Virus record (IMG/VR): IMGVR_UViG_3300037104_000199 | Span: 1 to 53,148 of that record | Strand: one strand, 5' to 3' | Length of the DNA: 53,148 bases | Origin: a virus | Lineage: Duplodnaviria; Caudoviricetes | Shown: positions 10,113 to 18,565 of the stretch, in pieces | Layout of the letters: each line of letters begins with the position of its first letter | Position numbering within the stretch: the stretch's first letter is position 1 | Translations under genes and position numbers: made by a program | Notes under the pieces: model-generated | What the model was told of the DNA's origin: nothing | The model's input: the letters and a program-made list of their open reading frames with translations, nothing else | Database searches by the model: none

Positions 10113-10144
10113 AAAGACCCTAAGCATTTCGCTTAGGGTCTTTT
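10113..10144. terminator. bidirectional intrinsic terminator
   Basis: AAAGACCCTAAGC-ATTTC-GCTTAGGGTCTTTT between convergent genes. Confidence 0.85.
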
Positions 10145-10154
10145 ACTATGCTTA

Positions 10155-10616
10155 TTACTTCTGATAGTCTATCTGATACTTAGGAGGCATGGAACGGTTG
10201 GAGGCTTTCTTAGAGGCTTCTGCAACCTTACCAAAAGCTAACTTGTAATCATAACTCTTGTAGTCCCCATCATTCCAAAATCTAAGTTCTGGCTCAGGAA
10301 CTGGCTTAGCTCTGGAAATCCAAAGCTCTTCCTTCTTGATTGCCCAGTCCTGGTATGTTCGTGCCTTAGAGATTTCCTGCCCCACCTTGCGGCTGTACAC
10401 GTCTGTAGAGGCACACTTAGAAGAACCCCCAGCAAGGATACCATCCTCAAAGAGGGCGCGGGTGATGGTCTTCATTCCCTTAAAGATAGTAACTAAGACT
10501 GCCCCATTATCTAAGTAATGAACTGAGATAGGAAGGCCATACTCAGAAGGCTTCACCAACTGAGCCAGCTTCTCGCTGTACTTAACCATATCACTGAATG
10601 TCTGTTCCTTTGCCAT
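10155..10616 (-). CDS. hypothetical phage protein
   Basis: AAGGAG RBS; SKCASTDVYSRKVGQEISKAR resembles a common phage CxxxDxFxxxxG motif. Confidence 0.65.
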   Translation of the reverse strand: MAKEQTFSDMVKYSEKLAQLVKPSEYGLPISVHYLDNGAVLVTIFKGMKTITRALFEDGILAGGSSKCASTDVYSRKVGQEISKARTYQDWAIKKEELWISRAKPVPEPELRFWNDGDYKSYDYKLAFGKVAEASKKASNRSMPPKYQIDYQK

Positions 10617-10966
10617 TTCAACTCCTTTATGCTTGTAGTGTTTTTATTAAACCTGCAACTAAACTAATTGCTATTATCCACACCCAGTACTTAGGAGCTA
10701 TACCCAAGCTCCAGTCTGGATGGAAGTTATATCCTTGAAATGATTGGTGCCTTCTAGTTACTCTTACCTTATGCCCATAGACTAAATGCTTGTAACCATA
10801 CTTCATAGTTAGTCACCCTTTTCTCGGGCAATAAGGAAGTCCATAATAGTTTCTCGCCATGCTCCTAATAGGTCATCATAACTTACATCATCACCCATAG
10901 ACCTCTTTTGTAGCCATTGGGTAAACTCATAAATCAACTCAAAATTATCATCAAACTCATCATACA

Positions 10967-11185
10967 TTAGTCTCTCAAACTCCTTAGTGTTGCATCAATT
11001 TCAAAATGGGGCATATTATTAGCATCCAAAGCAACCTTAGTATTCATAAGAGTAATAGTAACAGATGTTTCCATATACTCTATGTGCCCTAAAAGCTGTA
11101 AGGCTGTACAATCCTTCAAGGTACACCCATATTGTGTATGCTCCCTCCTTACCTTGTCCATTGTAGTATGATTTAGCTTATACAT
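10967..11185 (-). CDS. hypothetical protein
   Basis: ORF with GAGGG RBS in a run of coupled small genes. Confidence 0.5.
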   Translation of the reverse strand: MYKLNHTTMDKVRREHTQYGCTLKDCTALQLLGHIEYMETSVTITLMNTKVALDANNMPHFEIDATLRSLRD

Positions 11186-11259
11186 TTTCCCTCACTTTCA
11201 TTATATTTAGTAGTAGTTTACTATACATTAGTAGTCAATTATGACTACTTTCCTTACAA

Positions 11260-11610
11260 TTAGTCGAGTTTGACTAACCTTTTAATGCGCTCCCAAAAGT
11301 GGTGCAATCTATAAGAAAATGTCTTAGGGGTTTCAAGAGCGTTTCTATAACAGACTGAACATATAGTTACACTTTGTTCCTTAGGACCAGTAAGGGGGTT
11401 GTCAGTAAGTTCTAAAAGATAGATTGCTCTATTACAGAAATAACAATGTTCCTGGGGGTGTAAAACTTCATGCTCTAAGGCATCAACTTCTGTACCTAAC
11501 CAGTCATGGCATATGTTACATATAAAAATATCGGGCGTAACATTGACAACTCTTGTAGGATTCTTATCTTCATCCCCACTAATAAATAACTCAAATAAGT
11601 CTTGGTTCAT
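11260..11610 (-). CDS. hypothetical zinc-finger protein
   Basis: CNIC..HEVLH..CYFC..CSVC. Confidence 0.6.
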   Translation of the reverse strand: MNQDLFELFISGDEDKNPTRVVNVTPDIFICNICHDWLGTEVDALEHEVLHPQEHCYFCNRAIYLLELTDNPLTGPKEQSVTICSVCYRNALETPKTFSYRLHHFWERIKRLVKLD

Positions 11611-11703
11611 AGTTAGGACTTACTACTTAGGTTATCTAGTATAATCCCTACAGAAATTCCAGTAACAAACATAATGGCACCCACTATAACAAGCAATGTG
11701 TCA

Positions 11704-11937
11704 CTATACATAAAAATTATCTCTAGGGTTATTCCTTGGAAGAGCGTCCTCATAACTAACATCTGTATCCGTGTCACACTCCCCACAATTGAACCAACTA
11801 AAGTTACTGTAGGTCAACATGAACCCAGTCTGAGTACTACCACAAACGGGGCAAAAATAATCCGTTTCAAATTCATCATCTGGACCAGCTATCTCATACT
11901 CTCTACCAGTAACTCCTGGTGGGTAGTTATCATACAT
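11704..11937 (-). CDS. hypothetical zinc-ribbon protein
   Basis: AAGGAG RBS before MYDNYPPGV; CPVC..CGEC. Confidence 0.6.
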   Translation of the reverse strand: MYDNYPPGVTGREYEIAGPDDEFETDYFCPVCGSTQTGFMLTYSNFSWFNCGECDTDTDVSYEDALPRNNPRDNFYV

Positions 11938-12009
11938 TGTAATCTCCTTTCTTAAAACGAGGGCCAACGGGCCTTGGACTATATGTTAACTCTATTCTAA
12001 CTGTGCTAA

Positions 12010-12315
12010 CTATTCTGTGTGGGCGTTGTGCTTTTCCCAGTAAGTTGTACTAAAGAGTTCCTCTACCTCTTTCTCTAATTCAACTATCCTATCTTTTAGT
12101 TCTTTTATTTTATCTTGGGCTTTATTCCAGCCATGATCATTTCCGCGCCACCAAGCAGGATGAGCCCCATCTGTTGCGTCAAATTCTGGGTTATCATAGA
12201 CACCATAATGATGACCACCTACCCACTCCCCAGGAATATTCTCCGCGCGAATTTCATCCCATACCCTTGTTTCATAATTCCATAATGCCCATCTAGGATT
12301 TCCTATATTAGTCAT
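12010..12315 (-). CDS. hypothetical phage protein
   Basis: DATDGAHPAWWRG motif plus coiled coil; overlaps upstream gene. Confidence 0.6.
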   Translation of the reverse strand: MTNIGNPRWALWNYETRVWDEIRAENIPGEWVGGHHYGVYDNPEFDATDGAHPAWWRGNDHGWNKAQDKIKELKDRIVELEKEVEELFSTTYWEKHNAHTE

Positions 12316-12535
12316 TAGTATCTCTCCTTAGAGCTTCCCAAGCTATGTTAGATTCTACAGAATGATTACCCCTGTAATCCATACCAGCAATTTGTTCTAG
12401 GGCAAGTATTAAATTAGCTATCCTCTTGTTTTCATATAATTTACATGCGCCAATAATAAATTCAGAACAGTATATACCAGGACCTTCTTGCGGCCCATGA
12501 TTATGTACCCCTGTTGGGGGAGTATTATACTTCAT
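12308..12535 (-). CDS. hypothetical protein
   Basis: Coupled ORF with AAGGA RBS. Confidence 0.5.
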   Translation of the reverse strand: MKYNTPPTGVHNHGPQEGPGIYCSEFIIGACKLYENKRIANLILALEQIAGMDYRGNHSVESNIAWEALRRDTND

Positions 12536-12681
12536 CGACTAATTCCTTTGCCCAAGACTCTAACTCTTTTGCGCGGTCTTCCTGTGTTTGAGAAATTCCC
12601 CACCAACCATAGTAATTTCTGGGGGGATCAATAACTATCTTTAGGTCTATAAGTTTTTTAATTGGTTTAGCATATTTAATC

Positions 12682-12990
12682 TCAGTCATTGGATACCTTA
12701 TCTACTCCCTGTGTTAGAGCTATTAGTAAATCGTCTGCTTCATTTGGCTGCCAACAGTTGCGCCACTTTAATACTTTATAGATACTGTCTTTATTTAAAG
12801 CGCCCCCAGATAGATCAAACTGTTTATCTTTAAATCCTGCTGCATACCCATTATTATAGGCAGTAAGAAATTCGCCCCACAAAGCTAGACCACCATTTAG
12901 TGTTCCTCTTAGGTATCTTATTGCTTCATCTTTACAACAAGGTGTTTTTCTTTTATGCGCCCCATTATGTTCAATCATTCGTCCTCCCAA
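12682..12990 (-). CDS. hypothetical protein
   Basis: Coupled ORF in the leftward run. Confidence 0.5.
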   Translation of the reverse strand: MGGRMIEHNGAHKRKTPCCKDEAIRYLRGTLNGGLALWGEFLTAYNNGYAAGFKDKQFDLSGGALNKDSIYKVLKWRNCWQPNEADDLLIALTQGVDKVSND

Positions 12991-13199
12991 AGTTCAATAC
13001 CGCGCGCCCTAAATAATTCAACAATTATAGGATCATCTAAATACCTATCAAGGGATTCAGATTCAGTATCCCAATCACCAGCTTCAAGCGCGTCAATAAG
13101 ATCACCTAAGACACTTCGCTTAATATCGTCACTTGCTTTGGCGGCAATAAGGCCGTCAGCAACTTTATCAAATATTTCTTCACCAGATGCCCATACCAC
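12975..13199 (-). CDS. hypothetical acidic protein
   Basis: AAGGAG RBS, overlaps neighbours. Confidence 0.55.
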   Translation of the reverse strand: MVWASGEEIFDKVADGLIAAKASDDIKRSVLGDLIDALEAGDWDTESESLDRYLDDPIIVELFRARGIELWEDE

Positions 13200-13450
13200 T
13201 AGTTACTCCTTTCGGGGGAGTGTAATTCCCCGCAGCTACAGTCGGGGCAATTTTCAATATCCCAGTTAGTGTCCCTAATAGGAGTCAGGGTATACCCGGC
13301 AGCAGTAAGGGAGTTTAACATAACTTCACCAGTACGACGGGGCGGATAATACATAGTGTCTATCCCTGGGCCATGATCATTAACATAAGCAACAACTGCC
13401 GCATGTTTGGCGCGTTCTAAGACCATAAACAAGTCTTCTAAAGTATTCAT
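13199..13450 (-). CDS. hypothetical protein
   Basis: GGAG RBS; CPDCSC. Confidence 0.55.
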   Translation of the reverse strand: MNTLEDLFMVLERAKHAAVVAYVNDHGPGIDTMYYPPRRTGEVMLNSLTAAGYTLTPIRDTNWDIENCPDCSCGELHSPERSN

Positions 13451-13477
13451 TTGCTACTCCACCGCTATAAAGTTATG

Positions 13478-13660
13478 TTAAATAAATCGTCCAATCAAAG
13501 CACTAATACCTAAGAAGGCTATAAACCCAATTAGGGAGACTACAAAAAGAATTGGACCAACACTTATAGCAAAAATAATACTTGCGACAAGGAAAATTAA
13601 AGCTGCTGAAAGAAATCCTGCCCCTGTGATAGTTCCGATTACCCAGTCACTTAACTCCAT
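13478..13660 (-). CDS. small membrane protein (2 TM)
   Basis: GAGGAG RBS; two hydrophobic stretches. Confidence 0.65.
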   Translation of the reverse strand: MELSDWVIGTITGAGFLSAALIFLVASIIFAISVGPILFVVSLIGFIAFLGISALIGRFI

Positions 13661-13725
13661 AATATACTCCTCTCTCTATACAAGGTCTAACGACCCGGCG
13701 CCCAACCTGAGCGCCTGTTAGTGTC

Positions 13726-13754
13726 AACATAACACAAGGACGACCCACTGTCAA
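13726..13754 (-). promoter_or_regulatory. sigma70-type promoter
   Basis: TTGACA-17 nt-TATGTT with extended TG on the minus strand. Confidence 0.6.
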
Positions 13755-13776
13755 GGACTTTCTTTGGCGTCCCTTA

Positions 13777-13811
13777 AACAAAAAAACTGACCCCCCAGTG
13801 AAGGGGGCCAG
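13777..13811 (-). terminator. intrinsic terminator
   Basis: CTGGCCCCC..GGGGGTCAG hairpin followed by a T7 run on the minus strand. Confidence 0.75.
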
Positions 13812-13827
13812 AAGGTAACCCAGACCC

Positions 13828-13893
13828 TTAGCGTCTAGGTATGTAATTTATGATAAGAATAACAATAATAACTACGATCAGTAGTTCAAGCAT
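13828..13893 (-). CDS. 21-aa hydrophobic micropeptide MLELLIVVIIVILIINYIPRR
   Basis: Hand-read; TAATG coupling to the upstream micropeptide. Confidence 0.55.
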   Translation of the reverse strand: MLELLIVVIIVILIINYIPRR

Positions 13894-13979
13894 TATCTGC
13901 GCCAGAAATGGGTTAGTACTAGATCAACTATCAATACAACTAGTATTGCTATGAGAAGGGTATTGTCAGTAAAATTCAT
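13893..13979 (-). CDS. 28-aa hydrophobic micropeptide MNFTDNTLLIAILVVLIVDLVLTHFWRR
   Basis: Hand-read; AAGGAGG RBS and its own promoter. Confidence 0.65.
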   Translation of the reverse strand: MNFTDNTLLIAILVVLIVDLVLTHFWRR

Positions 13980-14017
13980 TATGGTGACCTCCTTGCTCCA
14001 ACTTTAGGAACTTGTAT

Positions 14018-14046
14018 AGTCTACCACACTTATGAATAAATGTCAA
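14018..14046 (-). promoter_or_regulatory. sigma70-type promoter with extended -10
   Basis: TTGACA-17 nt-TAGACT with TGTGG before the -10. Confidence 0.75.
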
Positions 14047-14294
14047 GGGGTTTTTCTACCAGGAGCAATAAGCATTCCGGAGAATACAAGAACGAAAGAC
14101 AAGAAGGAAATTATTAGCATCTATATTGCCCCCTTTTCTACCAGAAGAATCTCTTCCTATACTATATATCCTACACCAAAGCGTCCTTTGTGTGGTTGCG
14201 GTAGGGTTCTGGTTGGGTAACAGAAAAGTTACAGATTGGTTTTCTAAAAAATCCTTAGAAAAACTGGAAAATACTTTCCTCGTAAATGTGTACA

Positions 14295-14323
14295 GTAACA
14301 GACGTCCGAATGAAAAAAACTAA
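14295..14323 (+). repeat. degenerate copy of the GTAACAG-N9-TGAAA element
   Basis: gtaacag acgtccgaa tgaaa aaaac taa. Confidence 0.55.
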
Positions 14324-14388
14324 GCCGGCGACTTATATATAATGGGGGGGGAGTTATACACTTTGGAATGTATAACTCCCCGAATTAT

Positions 14389-14691
14389 TTACCTCGTTTC
14401 GATGGGCGAGAGGACGCATCCAAGCTTGTCAGCTAAGGAGCCCGCGATGCGAGCCGTTATCGGGGCCTCGGCGTGCATCCTATCCTGGGCAAGCCACAGA
14501 CCCGAGACAATCAGGCTAATCTCGGCAGCTGTTAGGTAGCAAGCGAATTCGTACTCCCGCGCATGCGCAGTGGGGGTACCGCATGCAGGTAGCCGGGTGA
14601 CATGGTCGAGGCAATGGGGGCCATGCATAGGCCGATCTGGCGCGTCCTGTTCGGACGCGTAAATTCGGTCCAGTAGTGAGGTGGAGTCCAT
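14389..14691 (-). CDS. hypothetical protein (GC-rich island)
   Basis: AGGAGG RBS; GC-rich codon usage. Confidence 0.6.
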   Translation of the reverse strand: MDSTSLLDRIYASEQDAPDRPMHGPHCLDHVTRLPACGTPTAHAREYEFACYLTAAEISLIVSGLWLAQDRMHAEAPITARIAGSLADKLGCVLSPIETR

Positions 14692-14823
14692 GATCTAACC
14701 TCCTGCTATAAGGGCTGAGGTAGGGTCTAGAGCCTCAATTCTGGGCACGGGCGATTTCTGGGTTTGATTGTTGCGCGCCGATCCTATCGGCTGAGGTTAC
14801 TGATCGCTGGTCGCTGTAGCGTC

Positions 14824-15141
14824 CTAGACGGCCATAGCGGCGAGTAGGGCGTCTAGGTCATCTTGCGTCATACTCTTGACCTTTGCTCCTCGTGTTCCAC
14901 CCTCCACTATGATGGTGCGAGCGGCGAGGTTGACTCCTCGCAAGTCTGCCAGGGTCAACGGGATGGAGATTAGAGGTGCCTTGCCTGTTTCGACGTTGAC
15001 GGCGTTCTGCCGGACGACCTTGCCTTCGTCATCGCGGAAGGACGTTGCCTTGGCATTTGCAACAATGCCAGCAGCGCGAGAAGCAGCGGTAGCGCGGAGG
15101 GGACAGAGCCGGAAGTCAGAGGATCCAGTGAGAATAGCCAT
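14824..15141 (-). CDS. hypothetical protein (GC-rich island)
   Basis: GGAGG RBS; GC-rich codon usage. Confidence 0.6.
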   Translation of the reverse strand: MAILTGSSDFRLCPLRATAASRAAGIVANAKATSFRDDEGKVVRQNAVNVETGKAPLISIPLTLADLRGVNLAARTIIVEGGTRGAKVKSMTQDDLDALLAAMAV

Positions 15142-15567
15142 AGGAGATTCCTCCAGCCTATGCCCAAAATTGAGACTCTAGACTAGTGCCCTATACCGCG
15201 CGCGGGTACTGATTCCGACGAAGCGTAGGGGGCTATTCGACTTGTTAAGGTGCGCTGGGCCTATACGATCCGGCGCCGACCATTTCGGCGGACCGCGGAA
15301 ACGACTGGGACAAACATACACATAGACTCCGCCGAATGCAATACCTATTTTGAGGCGATTTTGGGCGGGCTTCCCAGCTGTAGCAGGCGTACAGCCCAAA
15401 ATCGCTCCAGGCGACCGAATCCAGAGATTTTGGGTGTACGTGCGTCTGGACAGGATGCGCGCCGTAGCGTGGCCCTACGGTCGTCATGTAGCGGTACCGC
15501 CGGCCGATCCACCGATCGGACACCCCACCGGCTGTAATGCCCCAGGACGATTCTGGGCGTCTCCTAC

Positions 15568-15627
15568 CCTCGGCCCATGCCGGGGCTGGCCGCGTTCCTG
15601 GCCCGCCGAAGCGTTCTCGACGAGTAG
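15568..15627 (+). pseudogene. C-terminal remnant of a DUF1778/TacA-like antitoxin
   Basis: Reads PRPMPGLAAFLARRSVLDE*; its TAG overlaps the GTG of the GNAT fragment, as in tacAT-type operons. Confidence 0.55.
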
Positions 15628-15893
15628 TGGGCCGCTACAGCCAGATCGAGCCGCTCGCGCCAACGCACCAGACCGACGCCTTCGATTGCGTCTCTGAGGC
15701 CCAATCCACGTGGTTGCGCCGCCACGGTCTGCAAGCTCATCGATCCGATACGTGCAAGGTGTACGTGGTCTGCCGGCGAGATGAACCCGCGGTGGCTGGT
15801 TACTACGCGCTGGCGGCCGGATCCGTAGGCCACGAGACGGCTCCGCCGCGCCCCAGTACCCTCCGGGAATTATCACCTATATGCAAGGAGTGA
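15627..15893 (+). pseudogene. truncated GNAT acetyltransferase toxin (TacT/AtaT family), N-terminal half
   Basis: IEPLAPTHQTDAFDC..WLRRHGLQ..KVYVV..VAGYYALAAGSV; similarity stops near 15853, before the acetyl-CoA-binding motif. Confidence 0.8.
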
Positions 15894-15946
15894 CATAAAG
15901 AAAACTTTATCCTTGCATTTATCTTTAATCTCTAGGTAACAGCAAC

Positions 15947-16378
15947 GTAACAGAAACTCAAATGAAAGACGGCTAGCATTATACTAATCATTTATTTATT
16001 TTGGTTAGTGTAAGTAACAGACTTTTATTTGAAAGACGGTTACGACTTTTGCGCGCCCAAAATGGGCTGACAATTCCCTATTCAATAATCCTAGTACAAC
16101 TATGCCCCAAAGGGGGGCATCATAAACATACAAATATCTTATTAACTATCTTTCTTTAGACTTTACAAGTAACAGAAATCAAAATGAAAGACGGCTAGGC
16201 GTAATTGAGTCTAAAGACTCCGTGCAAAATTCTTACTACCTAACCCCCGGCAAATCCCTATAACTAATTCCCTAGTATAACTATACCCCAAAAGGGGGCA
16301 AATAATACATGTACATAACTTATTAACTACATTTTCTTAGTTACTCTATGTAACAGAATTCAAAATGAAAGACGGTTA
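15947..16378 (+). repeat. four tandem GTAACAG-N9-TGAAAGACGGYTA elements (15947, 16014, 16169, 16350); the last two lie in longer related units
   Basis: Direct alignment; units also share CCTAGTAYAACTAT-CCCCAAA-GGGGGCA and CTTATTAACTA. Confidence 0.9.
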
Positions 16379-16594
16379 GCGTTTTATCTGTAAGTCAGCA
16401 GTATATATGGGTATAGGATTATCATCATTTATTTCAGGCGCGAATTGTACATAAACATATTTCCAATTATTATTACCACCAGATACACCTGTAAGAGTCC
16501 CTATACTACTAGGTACTAATTCACCCCCATAATTACTACCAATCCTATCTAGGATATTTACATCTTCCTTTATTCTTACAGTACCACCTATCAT
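16376..16594 (-). CDS. SH3/KOW-like miniprotein (array member)
   Basis: MIGGTVRIKE..SIGTL..YVQF..DLQIKR; paralog of 17761-17994. Confidence 0.7.
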   Translation of the reverse strand: MIGGTVRIKEDVNILDRIGSNYGGELVPSSIGTLTGVSGGNNNWKYVYVQFAPEINDDNPIPIYTADLQIKR

Positions 16595-16791
16595 TATGAC
16601 TTTCTCCTCATAACTTTTGCGCCCGAAAAAGAAATACAATAACAAGCGTTATCATGATCCATTCTTGCTTCAAATCCACAAGATATACCTACCATCATAA
16701 CTGTACCTACTTTATTTGCGGGGCAAGATTCATGAACACTAATAGTAGTAGTAATAATCCTATCACCAACTCTAAGCTAAGAAGGACGCAT
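16594..16791 (-). pseudogene. SH3/KOW-like miniprotein with in-frame TAG at codon 5
   Basis: MRPS*LRVGDRIITT..KVGTV..FSGAKVMRRKS; paralog of 18017-18238 and 19211-19426. Confidence 0.7.
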
Positions 16792-16987
16792 TATTATCCA
16801 CCTTATACTGTAGTAACCTAAGATAGATATAATCAGTAATTTCGGGCGCAAATTTCACACCAGCATAATGATATACAGGATTAGGGTCCCTTCTAATAAT
16901 AGTTTCAATTATACCTATAGTACCTCTCATTGAAGTTACCTCATACGTATCTTTAACTCTAACAGTCATGCCAATTTCAGGGCGCAT
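16772..16987 (-). CDS. SH3/KOW-like miniprotein (array member)
   Basis: MRPEIGMTVRVKD..GTIGII..VKF..LLQYK. Confidence 0.7.
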   Translation of the reverse strand: MRPEIGMTVRVKDTYEVTSMRGTIGIIETIIRRDPNPVYHYAGVKFAPEITDYIYLRLLQYKVDNNASFLA

Positions 16988-17208
16988 TATTTACTCCTAA
17001 GTACTTGAAAGTCATATGAAGAGAAACACCATCTATAGAGATATGCACTTCCTACAGGTTCCTCAAAAGTCGCCGCAAGAAAGTGTGGTCGTATTCCCCA
17101 ACCACCAATATTACAAGGTATCTCACTAACAGTACCTATACGCCCTCGAAGAAAATCCTTAGAATAAGTATCTTTGATTCTTATCTTGTCCCCAATTTTG
17201 ATTTCCAT
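16987..17208 (-). CDS. SH3/KOW-like miniprotein (array member)
   Basis: GGAGG RBS before MEIKIGDKIRIKD..GRIGTV..DFQVLR. Confidence 0.7.
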   Translation of the reverse strand: MEIKIGDKIRIKDTYSKDFLRGRIGTVSEIPCNIGGWGIRPHFLAATFEEPVGSAYLYRWCFSSYDFQVLRSK

Positions 17209-17240
17209 TTGTCCCTCCTGACTACCAATGTAAAGAATCT

Positions 17241-17277
17241 TTGACATTAAGTAAAGTAAACTTGACATTAAGTAAAT
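17241..17277 (+). repeat. short tandem repeat TTGACATTAAGTAAA x2
   Basis: Seen directly, with a third degenerate copy; upstream of the 17208 RBS. Confidence 0.6.
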
Positions 17278-17426
17278 TAAGCTCGACAACTACCTTAATG
17301 ACCTAAAAAGGTTAGATACTAACAAATGTATTTACTCTCTATGTGTTTTCTCTTATATAGAATATGTACATCTTTGTTGCCCCCTTTTCTAGAAACTCTA
17401 TAGAACACTTAGTAGAGAAACCCTTG

Positions 17427-17633
17427 CTACTCTTCAGAAGGGGTATTCTCCTTTAGTAAGAGTAATTCCGATGGGTCGAAGATACCACGCGTTCCATCGG
17501 AATCAAATCTAATACTATAGAATGAAGTACTACTAGATGTAATTGTACCAATACCCTTAGCAACATAATAAGAGAAGTATATGCCCTCCTTTACTTTCAC
17601 TTTCCTACCTAGATACTTATCATTAGGTTTCAT
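17427..17633 (-). CDS. SH3/KOW-like miniprotein (array member)
   Basis: LGRKVKVKE..GIGTI..YSIRFD..FDPSELLL. Confidence 0.7.
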   Translation of the reverse strand: MKPNDKYLGRKVKVKEGIYFSYYVAKGIGTITSSSTSFYSIRFDSDGTRGIFDPSELLLLKENTPSEE

Positions 17634-17705
17634 TTAGTTACACTCCTTACTATTACCTGTAATATTGATGCCCCAAAAATGGGCAAGTATTACTTACCTA
17701 TATCT

Positions 17706-17763
17706 TATTAACTGTATTTCTTTACTAGACTTAAGTAACAGAGCATTTATTGAAAGACGATTA
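17706..17763 (+). repeat. TATTAAC-N22-GTAACAG-N9-TGAAAGACGA element
   Basis: Same spacing as the copies at 16140 and 16321. Confidence 0.85.
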
Positions 17764-17994
17764 ATGCTTTATTTGTAAATCATGTACAAATACAGCGATA
17801 TTATTATGAGGTAGGTCACTAAATTTTACATATATAACAGGAGCCCTGCTATGGTTAGTATACATACTAGGGCATCTTACAATAGTGCCTATGGACCCAT
17901 TATACAGTGGACACACACCTATACGTTCTCTGATAAGTACGCCCTCTTTTATCCTTACTGTATCCCCTACTCTTAATTCACTGTATTTCATCAT
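17761..17994 (-). CDS. SH3/KOW-like miniprotein (array member)
   Basis: LRVGDTVRIKE..SIGTI..YVKF..DLQIKH. Confidence 0.72.
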   Translation of the reverse strand: MMKYSELRVGDTVRIKEGVLIRERIGVCPLYNGSIGTIVRCPSMYTNHSRAPVIYVKFSDLPHNNIAVFVHDLQIKH

Positions 17995-18016
17995 GCTCCT
18001 TCGCAGGTATTACTAT

Positions 18017-18238
18017 TTACCTCTTTCTGACTTTTGCGCCCGAAAATTCCACACAAGTAGGACTAGAACCAGTGTTTAGACTATCAAAAGTAGCATCAAA
18101 TAAAGTCCACCTGCCACTTCTACAAGGAACATACATAACAGTACCAATAGAGCCTATAGGTACAGTCTCTAAAGTAATGTAGGGAAGTCTTTTAGTAGTG
18201 ATAATAGTATCATCTACATTTAGATCACTTGGACGCAT
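18017..18238 (-). CDS. SH3/KOW-like miniprotein (array member)
   Basis: MRPSDLNVDDTIITT..SIGTV..FSGAKVRKR. Confidence 0.7.
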   Translation of the reverse strand: MRPSDLNVDDTIITTKRLPYITLETVPIGSIGTVMYVPCRSGRWTLFDATFDSLNTGSSPTCVEFSGAKVRKR

Positions 18239-18461
18239 TTGTTGCCCCATTTCTTTGAACTTGTAATTCTCTAGCATTAAAAGTCTTACTATCAGTATAC
18301 CCAGCCAGTAGAACACTAATAGGGTTTGACATCCAATAGTCACTACTAATCTCAGTAATCTTACCCAAGAGTCCTACCACTAAGCTAGTGTCTGTGTACA
18401 GACCACTACTGCTATGTATACAGGGCTTTACTCTCACCCTCATTCCTACCTCTGGAACCAT
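18225..18461 (-). CDS. SH3/KOW-like miniprotein (array member)
   Basis: AGGAGG RBS; MVPEVGMRVRVK..GLLGKI..FNARELQ; paralog of 19655-19873. Confidence 0.72.
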   Translation of the reverse strand: MVPEVGMRVRVKPCIHSSSGLYTDTSLVVGLLGKITEISSDYWMSNPISVLLAGYTDSKTFNARELQVQRNGATNASK

Positions 18462-18507
18462 TGTAACCTCCTGTAATTATTGCGCCCTAATTAGTATACC
18501 TATAAAC

Positions 18508-18565
18508 TATTAACTGTAAATTCTCAGTGTTGTTAAGTAACAGAACCTATTCTGAAACACGACTA
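18508..18565 (+). repeat. TATTAAC-N22-GTAACAG-N9-TGAAACACGA element
   Basis: Same fixed spacing. Confidence 0.8.

Noticed and set aside
15178-15876. Many overlapping ORFs in the GC-rich island
   Set aside because: Expected from stop-codon scarcity in GC-rich DNA; no RBS or motifs apart from the TA fragment.
15947-16378. CRISPR array (repeats start GT and contain TGAAAG)
   Set aside because: The middle 9 nt vary, spacing is irregular (67-181 bp), the intervening sequences resemble each other, and there is no cas operon.
16321-16378. Integron attC sites (TAAC...GTTA on the minus strand at gene ends)
   Set aside because: No conserved internal palindrome, GTTAATA does not fit GTTRRRY, units hold several genes, and no integrase is in the window.
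16777-16779. Genome-wide TAG recoding
   Set aside because: Core genes such as recA, nrdJ and dnaB end in TAG at expected positions and long genes are uninterrupted; the CTA-containing loop near 37197 has 8 nt and is not in a canonical tRNA.
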